In this document: positions 1-7,591 of the stretch, piece after piece
How positions within the stretch are numbered: the first letter of the stretch is position 1
How the letters are laid out: each line of letters opens with the position of its first letter
Virus record (IMG/VR): IMGVR_UViG_3300010885_072628
Length of the DNA: 15,025 nucleotides
Source of the DNA: a virus
Taxonomy: Duplodnaviria; Heunggongvirae; Uroviricota; Caudoviricetes
Direction: 5' to 3' (one strand)
Notes under the pieces: generated by a model
What the model was told of the DNA's origin: nothing
The model's database searches: none
The model's input: the letters and a program-made list of their open reading frames with translations, nothing else
Position numbers and translations under genes: made by a program

Positions 1-123
1 CCTTGTAACCCTTGAGGACCTTGTAACCCTTGAGGACCTTGTAACCCTTGAGGACCTTGTAACCCTTGAGGACCTTGTAACCCTTGAGGACCTTGTAACC
101 CTTGAGGACCTTGTAACCCTTGA
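1..123. repeat. Perfect 18-bp tandem repeat (CCTTGTAACCCTTGAGGA), 6 full copies plus 15 nt, truncated by the window edge
   Basis: Read directly; on the minus strand it encodes (GLQGPQ)n collagen triplets. Confidence 0.97.
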
Positions 124-488
124 ACTCCCACAAATTCTTTAAATTCTAATTCTGTTTCTCCCAATATAATTGGATTTTTTGTTGTTAGAACCCATAATGA
201 ACTTTTGTTTTCGTCTCCTTCTTCAATAAAGACAAAAGTCCCAGATGTAAAATTGAATTTATTATTAGCATCTATTGATCGTACCCAAGAACCAGAATCA
301 ACAGAATATATTCCATTTTCATAAGTTGAATTTTGATTTTTTACTAAAACTCTATTTCCAACGACAAGTATAACCCCATCAATTGTTTGTTCTCCTAATA
401 AATTAATATTTTCTGTTGTAGCAGCACGTGTAGACTGTTTGAAATCTAAATTATAAACTGCGGAGTTTTCAACATAAGAGTTTGACAT
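1..488 (-). CDS. Collagen-repeat virion/tail-fibre protein, partial (3' end runs off the window)
   Basis: Not in the ORF track; translated by hand from ATG at 488: [74 protein letters not shown]...[19 protein letters not shown]... The DFKxS.RAATT.NI.L.G.QTIDGV.L..G.RVLVKNQ...ENGIY motif is typical of phage tail-fibre-associated domains and is followed by Gly-X-Y repeats. Confidence 0.85.
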   Translation of the reverse strand, partial: MSNSYVENSAVYNLDFKQSTRAATTENINLLGEQTIDGVILVVGNRVLVKNQNSTYENGIYSVDSGSWVRSIDANNKFNFTSGTFVFIEEGDENKSSLWVLTTKNPIILGETELEFKEFVGVQGLQGPQGLQGPQGLQGPQGLQGPQGLQGPQGLQGPQGLQ

Positions 489-532
489 AAAGATATATAT
501 ATAGATTAAAGCGGAAAATAGAAAGAATTAGC

Positions 533-1099
533 ATGCACACACCAGCACCAGTCTATACTTTTATAGTTAATAATATCGACTATCAGACTATCTATTCTCA
601 GCCGCTTCCTAACAGTATTGAAAATTTGATTCTTAATTTAAACAATCAAGCTGTTTATGTTCCTTATATCAACAAGCCTCTTAAAAATGGCGATATATTT
701 ACTCTTTACGGGAAAAGAGCTCAATTTGTAAAAGATAATTATATTGGAAAAAGTCCTAAAATATTAGAGCTTTTAGCTGAAACAGCGAGAATTCCCACCT
801 TGATAAAAAAAGGTGGAGACTTTGATCTTTCCACAATGCCGTGTCAAAACGCTAATTCAAATATTTACATATCGACTATATTCAATTATGCTGGTTTTGA
901 TATATCTTTCGACATAGATACATATTATTCTGATGGAAGTAGGGCTGTAGTAGAATTAGTTCAAGATGGCGTGGCAAAAATACCAGCAGAAAATTATTCT
1001 ATAAACATAAATAATGAGTGTGTATCAAATTTAACTTTAGTTGACAATATAAATTCTGATAAATTCTATTACACATTTTCCAAATTAATCGAGAGGTAA
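533..1099 (+). CDS. Hypothetical protein (188 aa)
   Basis: Long ORF divergent from the tail gene and tightly followed by the next ORF; no motif recognised. Confidence 0.75.
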   Translation: MHTPAPVYTFIVNNIDYQTIYSQPLPNSIENLILNLNNQAVYVPYINKPLKNGDIFTLYGKRAQFVKDNYIGKSPKILELLAETARIPTLIKKGGDFDLSTMPCQNANSNIYISTIFNYAGFDISFDIDTYYSDGSRAVVELVQDGVAKIPAENYSININNECVSNLTLVDNINSDKFYYTFSKLIER

Positions 1100-1104
1100 A
1101 TTAA

Positions 1105-1329
1105 ATGAGTTTTTCTGTATGGTTAGAAAATAGAATTCTTTTAGAAGGGAAAAAGAGTAAAAAGTCTATTCCTGTTACAATGCCAAAAGAAGTTTCTTCA
1201 AAAATAGAACTGAAAGAGCCAAGTCCTGAAAGAATCCCAAAAGGACGCAGAAATACAACATTCAAGTCAGGTGCTCGCAGAGAAGGAACCAGAGGAGCGA
1301 TAATCAGAAAATCTGTATCAGATAGTTGA
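1105..1329 (+). CDS. Small basic protein (74 aa), possibly a virion-internal or nucleic-acid-binding protein
   Basis: GAGGT Shine-Dalgarno upstream; N-terminus MSFSVWLENRILLE; the remainder is very Lys/Arg-rich. Confidence 0.7.
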   Translation: MSFSVWLENRILLEGKKSKKSIPVTMPKEVSSKIELKEPSPERIPKGRRNTTFKSGARREGTRGAIIRKSVSDS

Positions 1330-1341
1330 CGTTTTTTCTAA

Positions 1342-2442
1342 ATGTGGTACAATTACCGCATGATATCAACAATTTTTACAATATTTGCGTCTTTTATTGG
1401 CGTATGGGCGGTTTTTAAATATTTTCTATTAATAGAAATGCGGGTTGATTCCAACATATTTAAAACCTTATACGACCTTTGCAAAAATGATAAAAAGATA
1501 ATTATCTTTGAAGAGTTTGTACTTGATAGTAGACATCCTCTTGTTTTTGTTGCTTTTTGTTTTTTCAAAAATGCTCCATGGTTTCATATAAATCATGGAG
1601 AAAGACTAATGCAAGCAGGATATCAAGGAAAAGAGCAGGTCACCATTATAACCTGCTTTAGATGGAGATATGTTGGTTTAAAAAAATATCTCAAAGAAAA
1701 GCTAAAAGATATGCAACTCCACACCTTGGGAGTTCCAGTAGAGCTAATGTTGCCTTACGGCACAGATAAAATAGGTTCTTTAAAAGAAGAGCCGATCTAT
1801 CCTTTAATAGATGAATCTCTTTGGATGGACTTCGAAAAAGAGGTCGAAGAGGTTGTTTTAGATAAAAGAAAAAAAACAAGTGCTCTTTTATACGGCCCAC
1901 CAGGCAACGGAAAATCAAGCCTAATTAAATACTTAGCAACCAAGTATAGACTTCGTGTTATGATATTCACTTTGGACCCAGAGTGGAAAAATCATGATTT
2001 GCTTCTTTTGTTTTCTCAAATTCCAAAAAAGTGCATTGTTCTTTTTGAAGATTTTGATAATTATTTCGACAAAAGAAAATGCATAATGGGCAATGGTGCC
2101 GATAAACAAGTAAAGTTTACATTTGATATGATTTTAAACGGATTGGATGGAGTTTATAATACTCATGAAGGTGTTGTATTTGTTATGACGGTCAACAACA
2201 TATCGAAGGTAGATCCTGCCTTAAAAGACAGGCCATCTAGATTTAAATATTCTAAAAATTTTTGTAATCCAAATTTAGATGTGCGTAGAAAAATTCTTCC
2301 AAAAGAATGGGCAGAAAATACAGAAGGACTAAATCTAGATCAGATTTTTAGATTAAAAGAATATTCGGAAAAAGGCATGTTATTCGACTCAGCTATTTCT
2401 TTGCTTGACATCAAAAAAATCAAATCAAAACAAAGTCGATAA
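1342..2442 (+). CDS. Membrane-anchored BCS1-like AAA+ ATPase
   Basis: N-terminal hydrophobic helix (ISTIFTIFASFIGVWAVFKYFLLI); Walker A LLYGPPGNGKS; Walker B IVLFEDFD; ILNGLDG; sensor MTVNN; Arg-finger region DPALKDRPSRF. This combination matches the BCS1 clade. Confidence 0.85.
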   Translation: MWYNYRMISTIFTIFASFIGVWAVFKYFLLIEMRVDSNIFKTLYDLCKNDKKIIIFEEFVLDSRHPLVFVAFCFFKNAPWFHINHGERLMQAGYQGKEQVTIITCFRWRYVGLKKYLKEKLKDMQLHTLGVPVELMLPYGTDKIGSLKEEPIYPLIDESLWMDFEKEVEEVVLDKRKKTSALLYGPPGNGKSSLIKYLATKYRLRVMIFTLDPEWKNHDLLLLFSQIPKKCIVLFEDFDNYFDKRKCIMGNGADKQVKFTFDMILNGLDGVYNTHEGVVFVMTVNNISKVDPALKDRPSRFKYSKNFCNPNLDVRRKILPKEWAENTEGLNLDQIFRLKEYSEKGMLFDSAISLLDIKKIKSKQSR

Positions 2443-3337
2443 ATTGAATTTCAATTATTTCTCTAGGAAAAGGACCACCTGAAGCAAGTTCTTTATTGTT
2501 GCTATTTCGCCACTTAGACTTGATTCTTTTCAGTATATCAGGGTTGTGGGTAAAAAATAGCTCTAGAGGTTGTGTTGTCACCTCTTCATTAATTATAGAG
2601 AATCCTGCATCCTTTATTATTTTTTTGTAATAAGACATAGGATCTATTAGATTTGTAGTTTTTGTTTCTTTCAACCCCATTGAAAAAAGTTCGTCTTCTG
2701 TAAAAACTAAATGCAAATACGCCTTATTTAATTGTTTGTAAAGGTGAGTTCCGTGTCTGCTAGTCCATGGATGAATTCTTAAAACCACTTTGCCTAGTTG
2801 AGGAGATTTCACTTCTCTTATTCTTTGCAGATCCAATACAGGATCTAAAGAATGATCTAGAACGTCATTAGCAAGTATTAAATCGTACGGGCCATTTTCT
2901 TTAACTAGAGCCCAATCAGTTGTTAGTGCTAGATTATCTTGTTTTTCAAAATGCACCCAATCTTGATTTTTAATGTCATATCCTACTGCTTTTTTAACAT
3001 CATACATAGATGATGCTACATATGGAATGTGGCCTTCGCCGCATCCAAAATCAAGAAAACTTTTATCATCTAGTTCACTTTGAAAAAAGTCTTGCAGTAT
3101 CCCAGCGGCTCTAGAAAGCTTGTCATCTTCAGCATCGCCGCATATTATGTCTTGAGAAACCGCTTCTGGCCAGACGTCCGATCTAGATAACATGCGTAGC
3201 TCGGTTATTTCTGATAGTCTGTCTTTTTCTTCTATACTAAAATCTGCTACTTTATTCTCTTCGTCTAGTAAAGATTGTAAAAATCCTTTTATATGATCTA
3301 GAGCCCGCATGTATTCTTTTATATTTTTTTGATTCAT
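2420..3337 (-). CDS. Class I SAM-dependent methyltransferase
   Basis: Motif I FLDFGCGEGH, motif II VGYDI, and YDLILANDVLDH; substrate unknown. Confidence 0.88.
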   Translation of the reverse strand: MNQKNIKEYMRALDHIKGFLQSLLDEENKVADFSIEEKDRLSEITELRMLSRSDVWPEAVSQDIICGDAEDDKLSRAAGILQDFFQSELDDKSFLDFGCGEGHIPYVASSMYDVKKAVGYDIKNQDWVHFEKQDNLALTTDWALVKENGPYDLILANDVLDHSLDPVLDLQRIREVKSPQLGKVVLRIHPWTSRHGTHLYKQLNKAYLHLVFTEDELFSMGLKETKTTNLIDPMSYYKKIIKDAGFSIINEEVTTQPLELFFTHNPDILKRIKSKWRNSNNKELASGGPFPREIIEIQFIDFVLI

Positions 3338-3394
3338 TTTTCATCCTTACAAACTATATTAAATCAATAACGACCTTAATTATTATAGTTTATA

Positions 3395-4183
3395 ATGGAT
3401 GAAATTGACGAAGAAGATAAAAAAATATTTATCAACAGAGAACTAGGTAAAAGAACGTTCCAAGGTGCTAGCGTAGAAATAATTGTTCCTTTTTACGGTA
3501 GGCATTTGCTTGTTAGCGATATTTTAAAGAATATCTTTAACACAGTTTATTCCAATAAATATTTGGTAACTTTAGTCGATGATGGATCTGAGAACAAAAA
3601 TTTCTACTCTCAGATGAAAAAATCAAAAATACCCGGAATGCGTTGTTTGAGACAAGAGTCAAATAAAGGCTTTGGTTCGTCTATAAATCTAGCTTTGAAT
3701 AATCCTTGGAAGTTCTCAGACAGCAATCAAACCATTCCTTATGTTGTGATTTTACATACTGATGTTTCTTTTATTTCAAAAAATTGGCTCCTCAATTTAG
3801 GCAATTGTCTGGAGGATATGAAGTTTATTGGTGTGAAAATGGTTTCTCCATTAACTGATAATCCTGTAGAAGATTTTGATGTTCTTAAATCAAAAAGAGG
3901 AGAAGAAAAAGAAAACAAAATCTTGAATAAAGGATTTCTTCCTTTGTACTGTGCGTTGTGTCACAGAGATTTATTTGATCATGTAGGGGTTTTTAAAGAG
4001 TACCCATATGCAGGACATGAAGCGAAAGAGTTTGCAAACAGAATGAAAGAAAAAGGATTCAATCAGGCTGTTTGTGGTAATAGTTGGGTACAACACTCAG
4101 GAAGAGGAACTTTAAAGACATTTGATAAAAATGCAAAAGTTCAAAAAATATTGAAAAACATTACGGACGAAATTGATATATAA
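3395..4183 (+). CDS. Glycosyltransferase family 2 (GT-A fold)
   Basis: IIVPFYG, LVTLVDDGS, NKGFGSSIN, VVILHTDV (xxD variant of DxD), and VQH near the C-terminus. Confidence 0.88.
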   Translation: MDEIDEEDKKIFINRELGKRTFQGASVEIIVPFYGRHLLVSDILKNIFNTVYSNKYLVTLVDDGSENKNFYSQMKKSKIPGMRCLRQESNKGFGSSINLALNNPWKFSDSNQTIPYVVILHTDVSFISKNWLLNLGNCLEDMKFIGVKMVSPLTDNPVEDFDVLKSKRGEEKENKILNKGFLPLYCALCHRDLFDHVGVFKEYPYAGHEAKEFANRMKEKGFNQAVCGNSWVQHSGRGTLKTFDKNAKVQKILKNITDEIDI

Positions 4184-4229
4184 TAATATGGCAACCAGAT
4201 GGTTGCTTAACTTAATTAAGGAGGATTAT

Positions 4230-4400
4230 ATGGGATTCAATTGCTATTTAGGTAAAGTAGCCGGTGTAAAACAATTCACATCTGCTGGTTGGCTTTTTTT
4301 TTATCCACGTTGCAGCAGAATAAATCGTGCAATAGGTATGTGCTCAGGTAGCGGAGCTTATGTCGCAGCAATAACAGTCTGCAATCAGCGTTTGTTCTAA
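4230..4400 (+). CDS. Small Cys-containing hypothetical peptide (56 aa, MGFNCYLGKVAGVKQF...)
   Basis: Strong AAGGAGG Shine-Dalgarno at 4218-4224 before ATG 4230 (preferred over the track start at 4173); the stop is followed by a terminator-like hairpin. Confidence 0.5.
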   Translation: MGFNCYLGKVAGVKQFTSAGWLFFYPRCSRINRAIGMCSGSGAYVAAITVCNQRLF

Positions 4401-4413
4401 TTCGTTTTAAATT

Positions 4414-4468
4414 GAAGTCGCCAAACATTGTGATGTTTGGCGACTTCTTGACTTTTTATTTTCTTTTC
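4414..4468 (+). terminator. Intrinsic terminator-like hairpin (perfect 15-bp stem, TGTG loop) with a T-rich tail
   Basis: GAAGTCGCCAAACAT (4414-4428) / ATGTTTGGCGACTTC (4433-4447), then TTGACTTTTTATTTTCTTTTC. Confidence 0.75.
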
Positions 4469-4476
4469 GTTAAACT
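4448..4476 (+). promoter_or_regulatory. sigma70-like promoter upstream of csrA1
   Basis: TTGACT-N17-TAAACT. Confidence 0.7.
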
Positions 4477-4520
4477 GGACCTTGTTGTTTGATTCGTTCC
4501 ATCGCAAAAAGGAATTTCCG

Positions 4521-4703
4521 ATGTTGGTTTTAAGTAGAAAAATAGATGAAAATATAGTAATAGGCGACGATATCAGAGTTTATGTGTTGGACATAAGAGG
4601 AGACACAGTAAGGCTTGGAATAGAAGCTCCTTCAAAAATTCCAGTACATAGAAGCGAAGTTTACGAAGCCATAAAAGACGGCAAAAATGACGCAAGAAGA
4701 TGA
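4521..4703 (+). CDS. csrA: Carbon storage regulator CsrA/RsmA, paralogue 1 (60 aa)
   Basis: [51 protein letters not shown], with the RNA-binding Arg44 conserved. ATG 4521 follows AAGGA and is preferred over the track's TTG at 4482. Confidence 0.97.
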   Translation: MLVLSRKIDENIVIGDDIRVYVLDIRGDTVRLGIEAPSKIPVHRSEVYEAIKDGKNDARR

Positions 4704-5352
4704 GAATTTTGCATTAGAAGAATTATATTCTATATTTTCTTTTCTAAATCAGAGTTTTTTTCAAAAAAATATAGAACACATTGATATTGGGTTTTGTTTT
4801 CAAAACAAAACCTCAGTCGATTGGAATGCAAAAAAGAAAAATTTGTTTTTTGGTTCCGAGGTCTTTTTTTTAACTTATCAAGAATTTTTGATAAGTTTTT
4901 TACACGAAATGATTCATATTGATCATTTTCAAAAAGATGTAAAAGATGTAGGAACAAACTCTTATCACAAAAGATCTTTTAAAGATCGAGTTGTTGAAAA
5001 TGGTTTGTATTCTGTTAAGCATAAATCTCAAGGTTGGTCTATCATCCTAACAGATTTACCAAGAAATGTGGTAGAAGCAAAAAACATAGACATTCCTGAT
5101 GAGAAATCAATATCAAAAAGATTAGATATTTTTGATCAAGCGTTGAAAAATTTTGATTTGCAAAAAATCTATACATCACTATTCAATATGGCGAGAAATC
5201 TTACACAAGAGAAAAAAACATATACATACAAATACAAGTGCAAATGTCCTCCTCCATTCAACAGCATTAGGTCTGGTCGCAGGCCGAATAGCCCTAGCCC
5301 GTTGCAGGCCAACTGTTTATCGTGCGGTTGTTCGTTCATTTTTGAAAAATGA
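4687..5352 (+). CDS. SprT-like zinc metalloprotease
   Basis: HEMIH (HExxH) zincin motif and a C-terminal YKYKCKC...CLSC zinc-binding element; the start overlaps the csrA1 3' end, suggesting translational coupling. Confidence 0.8.
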   Translation: MTQEDENFALEELYSIFSFLNQSFFQKNIEHIDIGFCFQNKTSVDWNAKKKNLFFGSEVFFLTYQEFLISFLHEMIHIDHFQKDVKDVGTNSYHKRSFKDRVVENGLYSVKHKSQGWSIILTDLPRNVVEAKNIDIPDEKSISKRLDIFDQALKNFDLQKIYTSLFNMARNLTQEKKTYTYKYKCKCPPPFNSIRSGRRPNSPSPLQANCLSCGCSFIFEK

Positions 5353-5370
5353 AATTTTTTTGGCTTCTGG

Positions 5371-5398
5371 TTTACAAGCCAGTTTTTTGTGCTATCCT
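5371..5398 (+). promoter_or_regulatory. sigma70-like promoter with extended -10, upstream of the ligase-parB operon
   Basis: TTTACA-N16-TATCCT, with TG at 5390-5391. Confidence 0.6.
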
Positions 5399-5400
5399 TA

Positions 5401-5465
5401 AGGAGGGATCACCTCTCAGGAGGGATCACGGCATCAAGGGATTGACGATATTTCACGGAAGATCG
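5401..5465 (+). promoter_or_regulatory. GGA-rich 5' leader with multiple candidate CsrA-binding sites
   Basis: GGA at 5402, 5406, 5419, 5423, 5439 and 5457; AGGGAT three times; direct repeat AGGAGGGATCAC twice; TCACGGAAGA (5453-5462) exactly matches the CsrA/RsmE consensus (A/U)CANGGANG(U/A) and overlaps the ribosome-binding site. Confidence 0.7.
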
Positions 5466-6098
5466 ATGAAAATAATTTACCCACCTCGTCCGAAGGGCAA
5501 AATGTTGCCCTCTGATCTTAAGCTATACGAGGACGGAGACTGGCTGGCCCAAAGAAAATTTCGTGGGTCTAGGATCGTTATCAATATAGCCAAGAACAGA
5601 GATATAACTGTTGGTAGCCGACACGGTGCCAAATTCTCTAAATTTGATTTGAGTCAGAGTGAGCGACAAGAGCTTTTGTCTTGTCTAAATTTAGAGGACA
5701 ACAAAGAATATTGGTTGGATGGCGAGTTGATGAATAAGGATGTAGATTCTACTAAGGAAATAATATTTTTCGATGTGTTGCAGGCTGGCAACTATCTCTT
5801 CTTTAAGCCAACACAAGAGCAAAGAATCGAAATCCTTAAAGAGATTTGTAATAATCCCACAAAAAAATGTGCTTCTGGAATTGCTCTGGAAATTTCTACA
5901 AAGTTCTGGATGGCAGAGACATTTGTTGATAATTTCAGAGCTAGATTTGATGAGTCTTTAGATAACGAACAACTTGAAGGTTTGGTTCTGCGTAAGAAGC
6001 GTGTTGGGTTAGATAGTTTGGGCGAAAAAGAATACGAAACAACTAATTTGATTCGTTGTAGAAAGCCTTTTTCGAAAACCAAAGGGTACGAGTTTTGA
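5466..6098 (+). CDS. ATP-dependent polynucleotide ligase-like protein, adenylation domain only (210 aa)
   Basis: Motif I QRKFRGSR (KxxGxR, Lys31), III WLDGELM, IIIa IIFFDVL, IV EGLVLRK, V-like LIRCRK; no room for an OB domain. Start re-assigned from 5349 to ATG 5466. Confidence 0.8.
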   Translation: MKIIYPPRPKGKMLPSDLKLYEDGDWLAQRKFRGSRIVINIAKNRDITVGSRHGAKFSKFDLSQSERQELLSCLNLEDNKEYWLDGELMNKDVDSTKEIIFFDVLQAGNYLFFKPTQEQRIEILKEICNNPTKKCASGIALEISTKFWMAETFVDNFRARFDESLDNEQLEGLVLRKKRVGLDSLGEKEYETTNLIRCRKPFSKTKGYEF

Positions 6099-6126
6099 GT
6101 GTCTCAACTACAGGAAGTAATTTACG

Positions 6127-7506
6127 ATGATGAATATCAATTTTATTGATGGTGTAGAACATCTTCATGGAAACTTGTATAAGATTCCATTTTCCGAGAT
6201 TATCACTACAGATAGATCGGAAGATGAATCTGAGTATGTTTTCTCTAACCCAAGAATGTTGACTAAAAAGGGTGTCGAGACTCTTTCTGATAAGAATCTT
6301 TCAAAGGATTTGAGAGAAAACATCAAAGTGAGAACTTTGTTGACTCCTTTCATCTGCCGATGGATTAAGAATTCAGAAGGAAAAATGTCGCCACAACTTG
6401 TTGGTGGTGATAGACGCTATAGAGCTTTGGATTATTTGATCAATAAAAAAGAAATGGTCGCAGATCCAAGGACTTGCGAAAGAGCAGCTATTCAAGCCGA
6501 TATAGCTTACGAATATGTTGTCGCACAAGTTTTTAATTGTGAGAATGATTTGGAAGCCTCTGTATTGAGCTGGGCAGAAAACAAGAATCGAATCGACCTT
6601 ACAGAAGGCCATGAGATTGCTGCTGTTTTGGAATTGAGAAAATTCGACGCCAACGATGATCAGATATTGGAAATTCTCCAAAAAGATTCCAAGTGGCTTC
6701 ACGAAACCGACGAGTTGATCGGTTCTTTAGATGATGAAACTTTGAACGATGTTATCGAAGACAGGATAAAGCGTGGCGCGGCTGTATTGCTCTCGAAGAT
6801 TGATGATCTTGATAAGAGATCAGAGGTTCGAATCGGTGCTTTAGAAAAGGCTGAAAAAGCCTATGAAAAAGACACTGAGAAGCTTGATAAGCAACTTGGT
6901 TCTATTCTGATAAAGAAGAGCAGAGCAGAAACCAAGAAAGCAATTGCAGAGACAATTAGCGATGAAAAGCTTTTTGAACAATCGCAAAAGGTTTTGGATA
7001 GAGTTGAGGAAAGAGAAGGTGATATCGAAATCAAGAAGAGCAAAGTAAAGCCTATTGCTTCTGCGAAAATGGTAGCAAAAGCAGCAGAAGAGGCGGGTGT
7101 TGATGAATTCTCTTCTAAAAAGGCTGGTGTTAGAACGATTAAGAAGGTTATCCAGACCATTCAATCTTTGATTGATAATGATGGCGAAACCTTTGGAGAA
7201 GATTCTTTTATTGTGGATGTTGCTGTTCTGGAGCTTGTAAAGATGGCTCTAGAGAACCATGTTTTGAATAACTCTGATGATTTCATGGATACGTTGACTG
7301 GCTGGAACGATACGTACTCAGATACTCCGTCTATCCCAGATCACACGATTGATGAAACGGATGAAGATATAGACGAAGACGAAGACGAAGATATTGATGA
7401 AGATATTTCTGAAGATGCAGATGATATAGATGCTGTTGAGGCAGAAAGTCTTAGTGATTACGAGAAGACAAATCCTGCTAGTTTTGAAGATGACGAAGAT
7501 ATTTGA
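6127..7506 (+). CDS. ParB/Srx-family protein with a helical/coiled-coil middle and an acidic C-terminal tail
   Basis: NPR, LLTPFICR, LVGGDRRYRAL (ParB GxxRxxA), ENKNRIDLT..HE (compare ENLQREDL), then an HTH-like segment; D/E-rich from about residue 409. Confidence 0.82.
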   Translation: MMNINFIDGVEHLHGNLYKIPFSEIITTDRSEDESEYVFSNPRMLTKKGVETLSDKNLSKDLRENIKVRTLLTPFICRWIKNSEGKMSPQLVGGDRRYRALDYLINKKEMVADPRTCERAAIQADIAYEYVVAQVFNCENDLEASVLSWAENKNRIDLTEGHEIAAVLELRKFDANDDQILEILQKDSKWLHETDELIGSLDDETLNDVIEDRIKRGAAVLLSKIDDLDKRSEVRIGALEKAEKAYEKDTEKLDKQLGSILIKKSRAETKKAIAETISDEKLFEQSQKVLDRVEEREGDIEIKKSKVKPIASAKMVAKAAEEAGVDEFSSKKAGVRTIKKVIQTIQSLIDNDGETFGEDSFIVDVAVLELVKMALENHVLNNSDDFMDTLTGWNDTYSDTPSIPDHTIDETDEDIDEDEDEDIDEDISEDADDIDAVEAESLSDYEKTNPASFEDDEDI

Positions 7507-7530
7507 TATTTGGTTCGTCTAATCGAATAG

Positions 7531-7572
7531 ATAGGCGGGCTGGTAAGAAATTACTAGTCCGCCTATTTTTTT
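7531..7572 (+). terminator. Intrinsic terminator ending the ligase-parB transcript
   Basis: ATAGGCGGGCTGGTAA-GAAA-TTACTAGTCCGCCTAT followed by a T tract. Confidence 0.9.
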
Positions 7573-7591
7573 GTTGGTGCATATATAGGAT

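Noticed and set aside
1-123. Tandem repeat as a CRISPR array
   Set aside because: The units are contiguous with no spacers, and their length is a multiple of 3, encoding Gly-X-Y in an open frame.
2420-2442. Convergent gene overlaps (also 9711-9737) as antisense regulation
   Set aside because: Short tail-to-tail overlaps are routine in compact phage genomes; nothing in the sequence indicates a function.
5349-5465. ORF-track N-terminal extension of the ligase
   Set aside because: It overlaps a promoter and a GGA-repeat leader; ligase-like sequence begins at MKIIYPP (5466), which has its own RBS.
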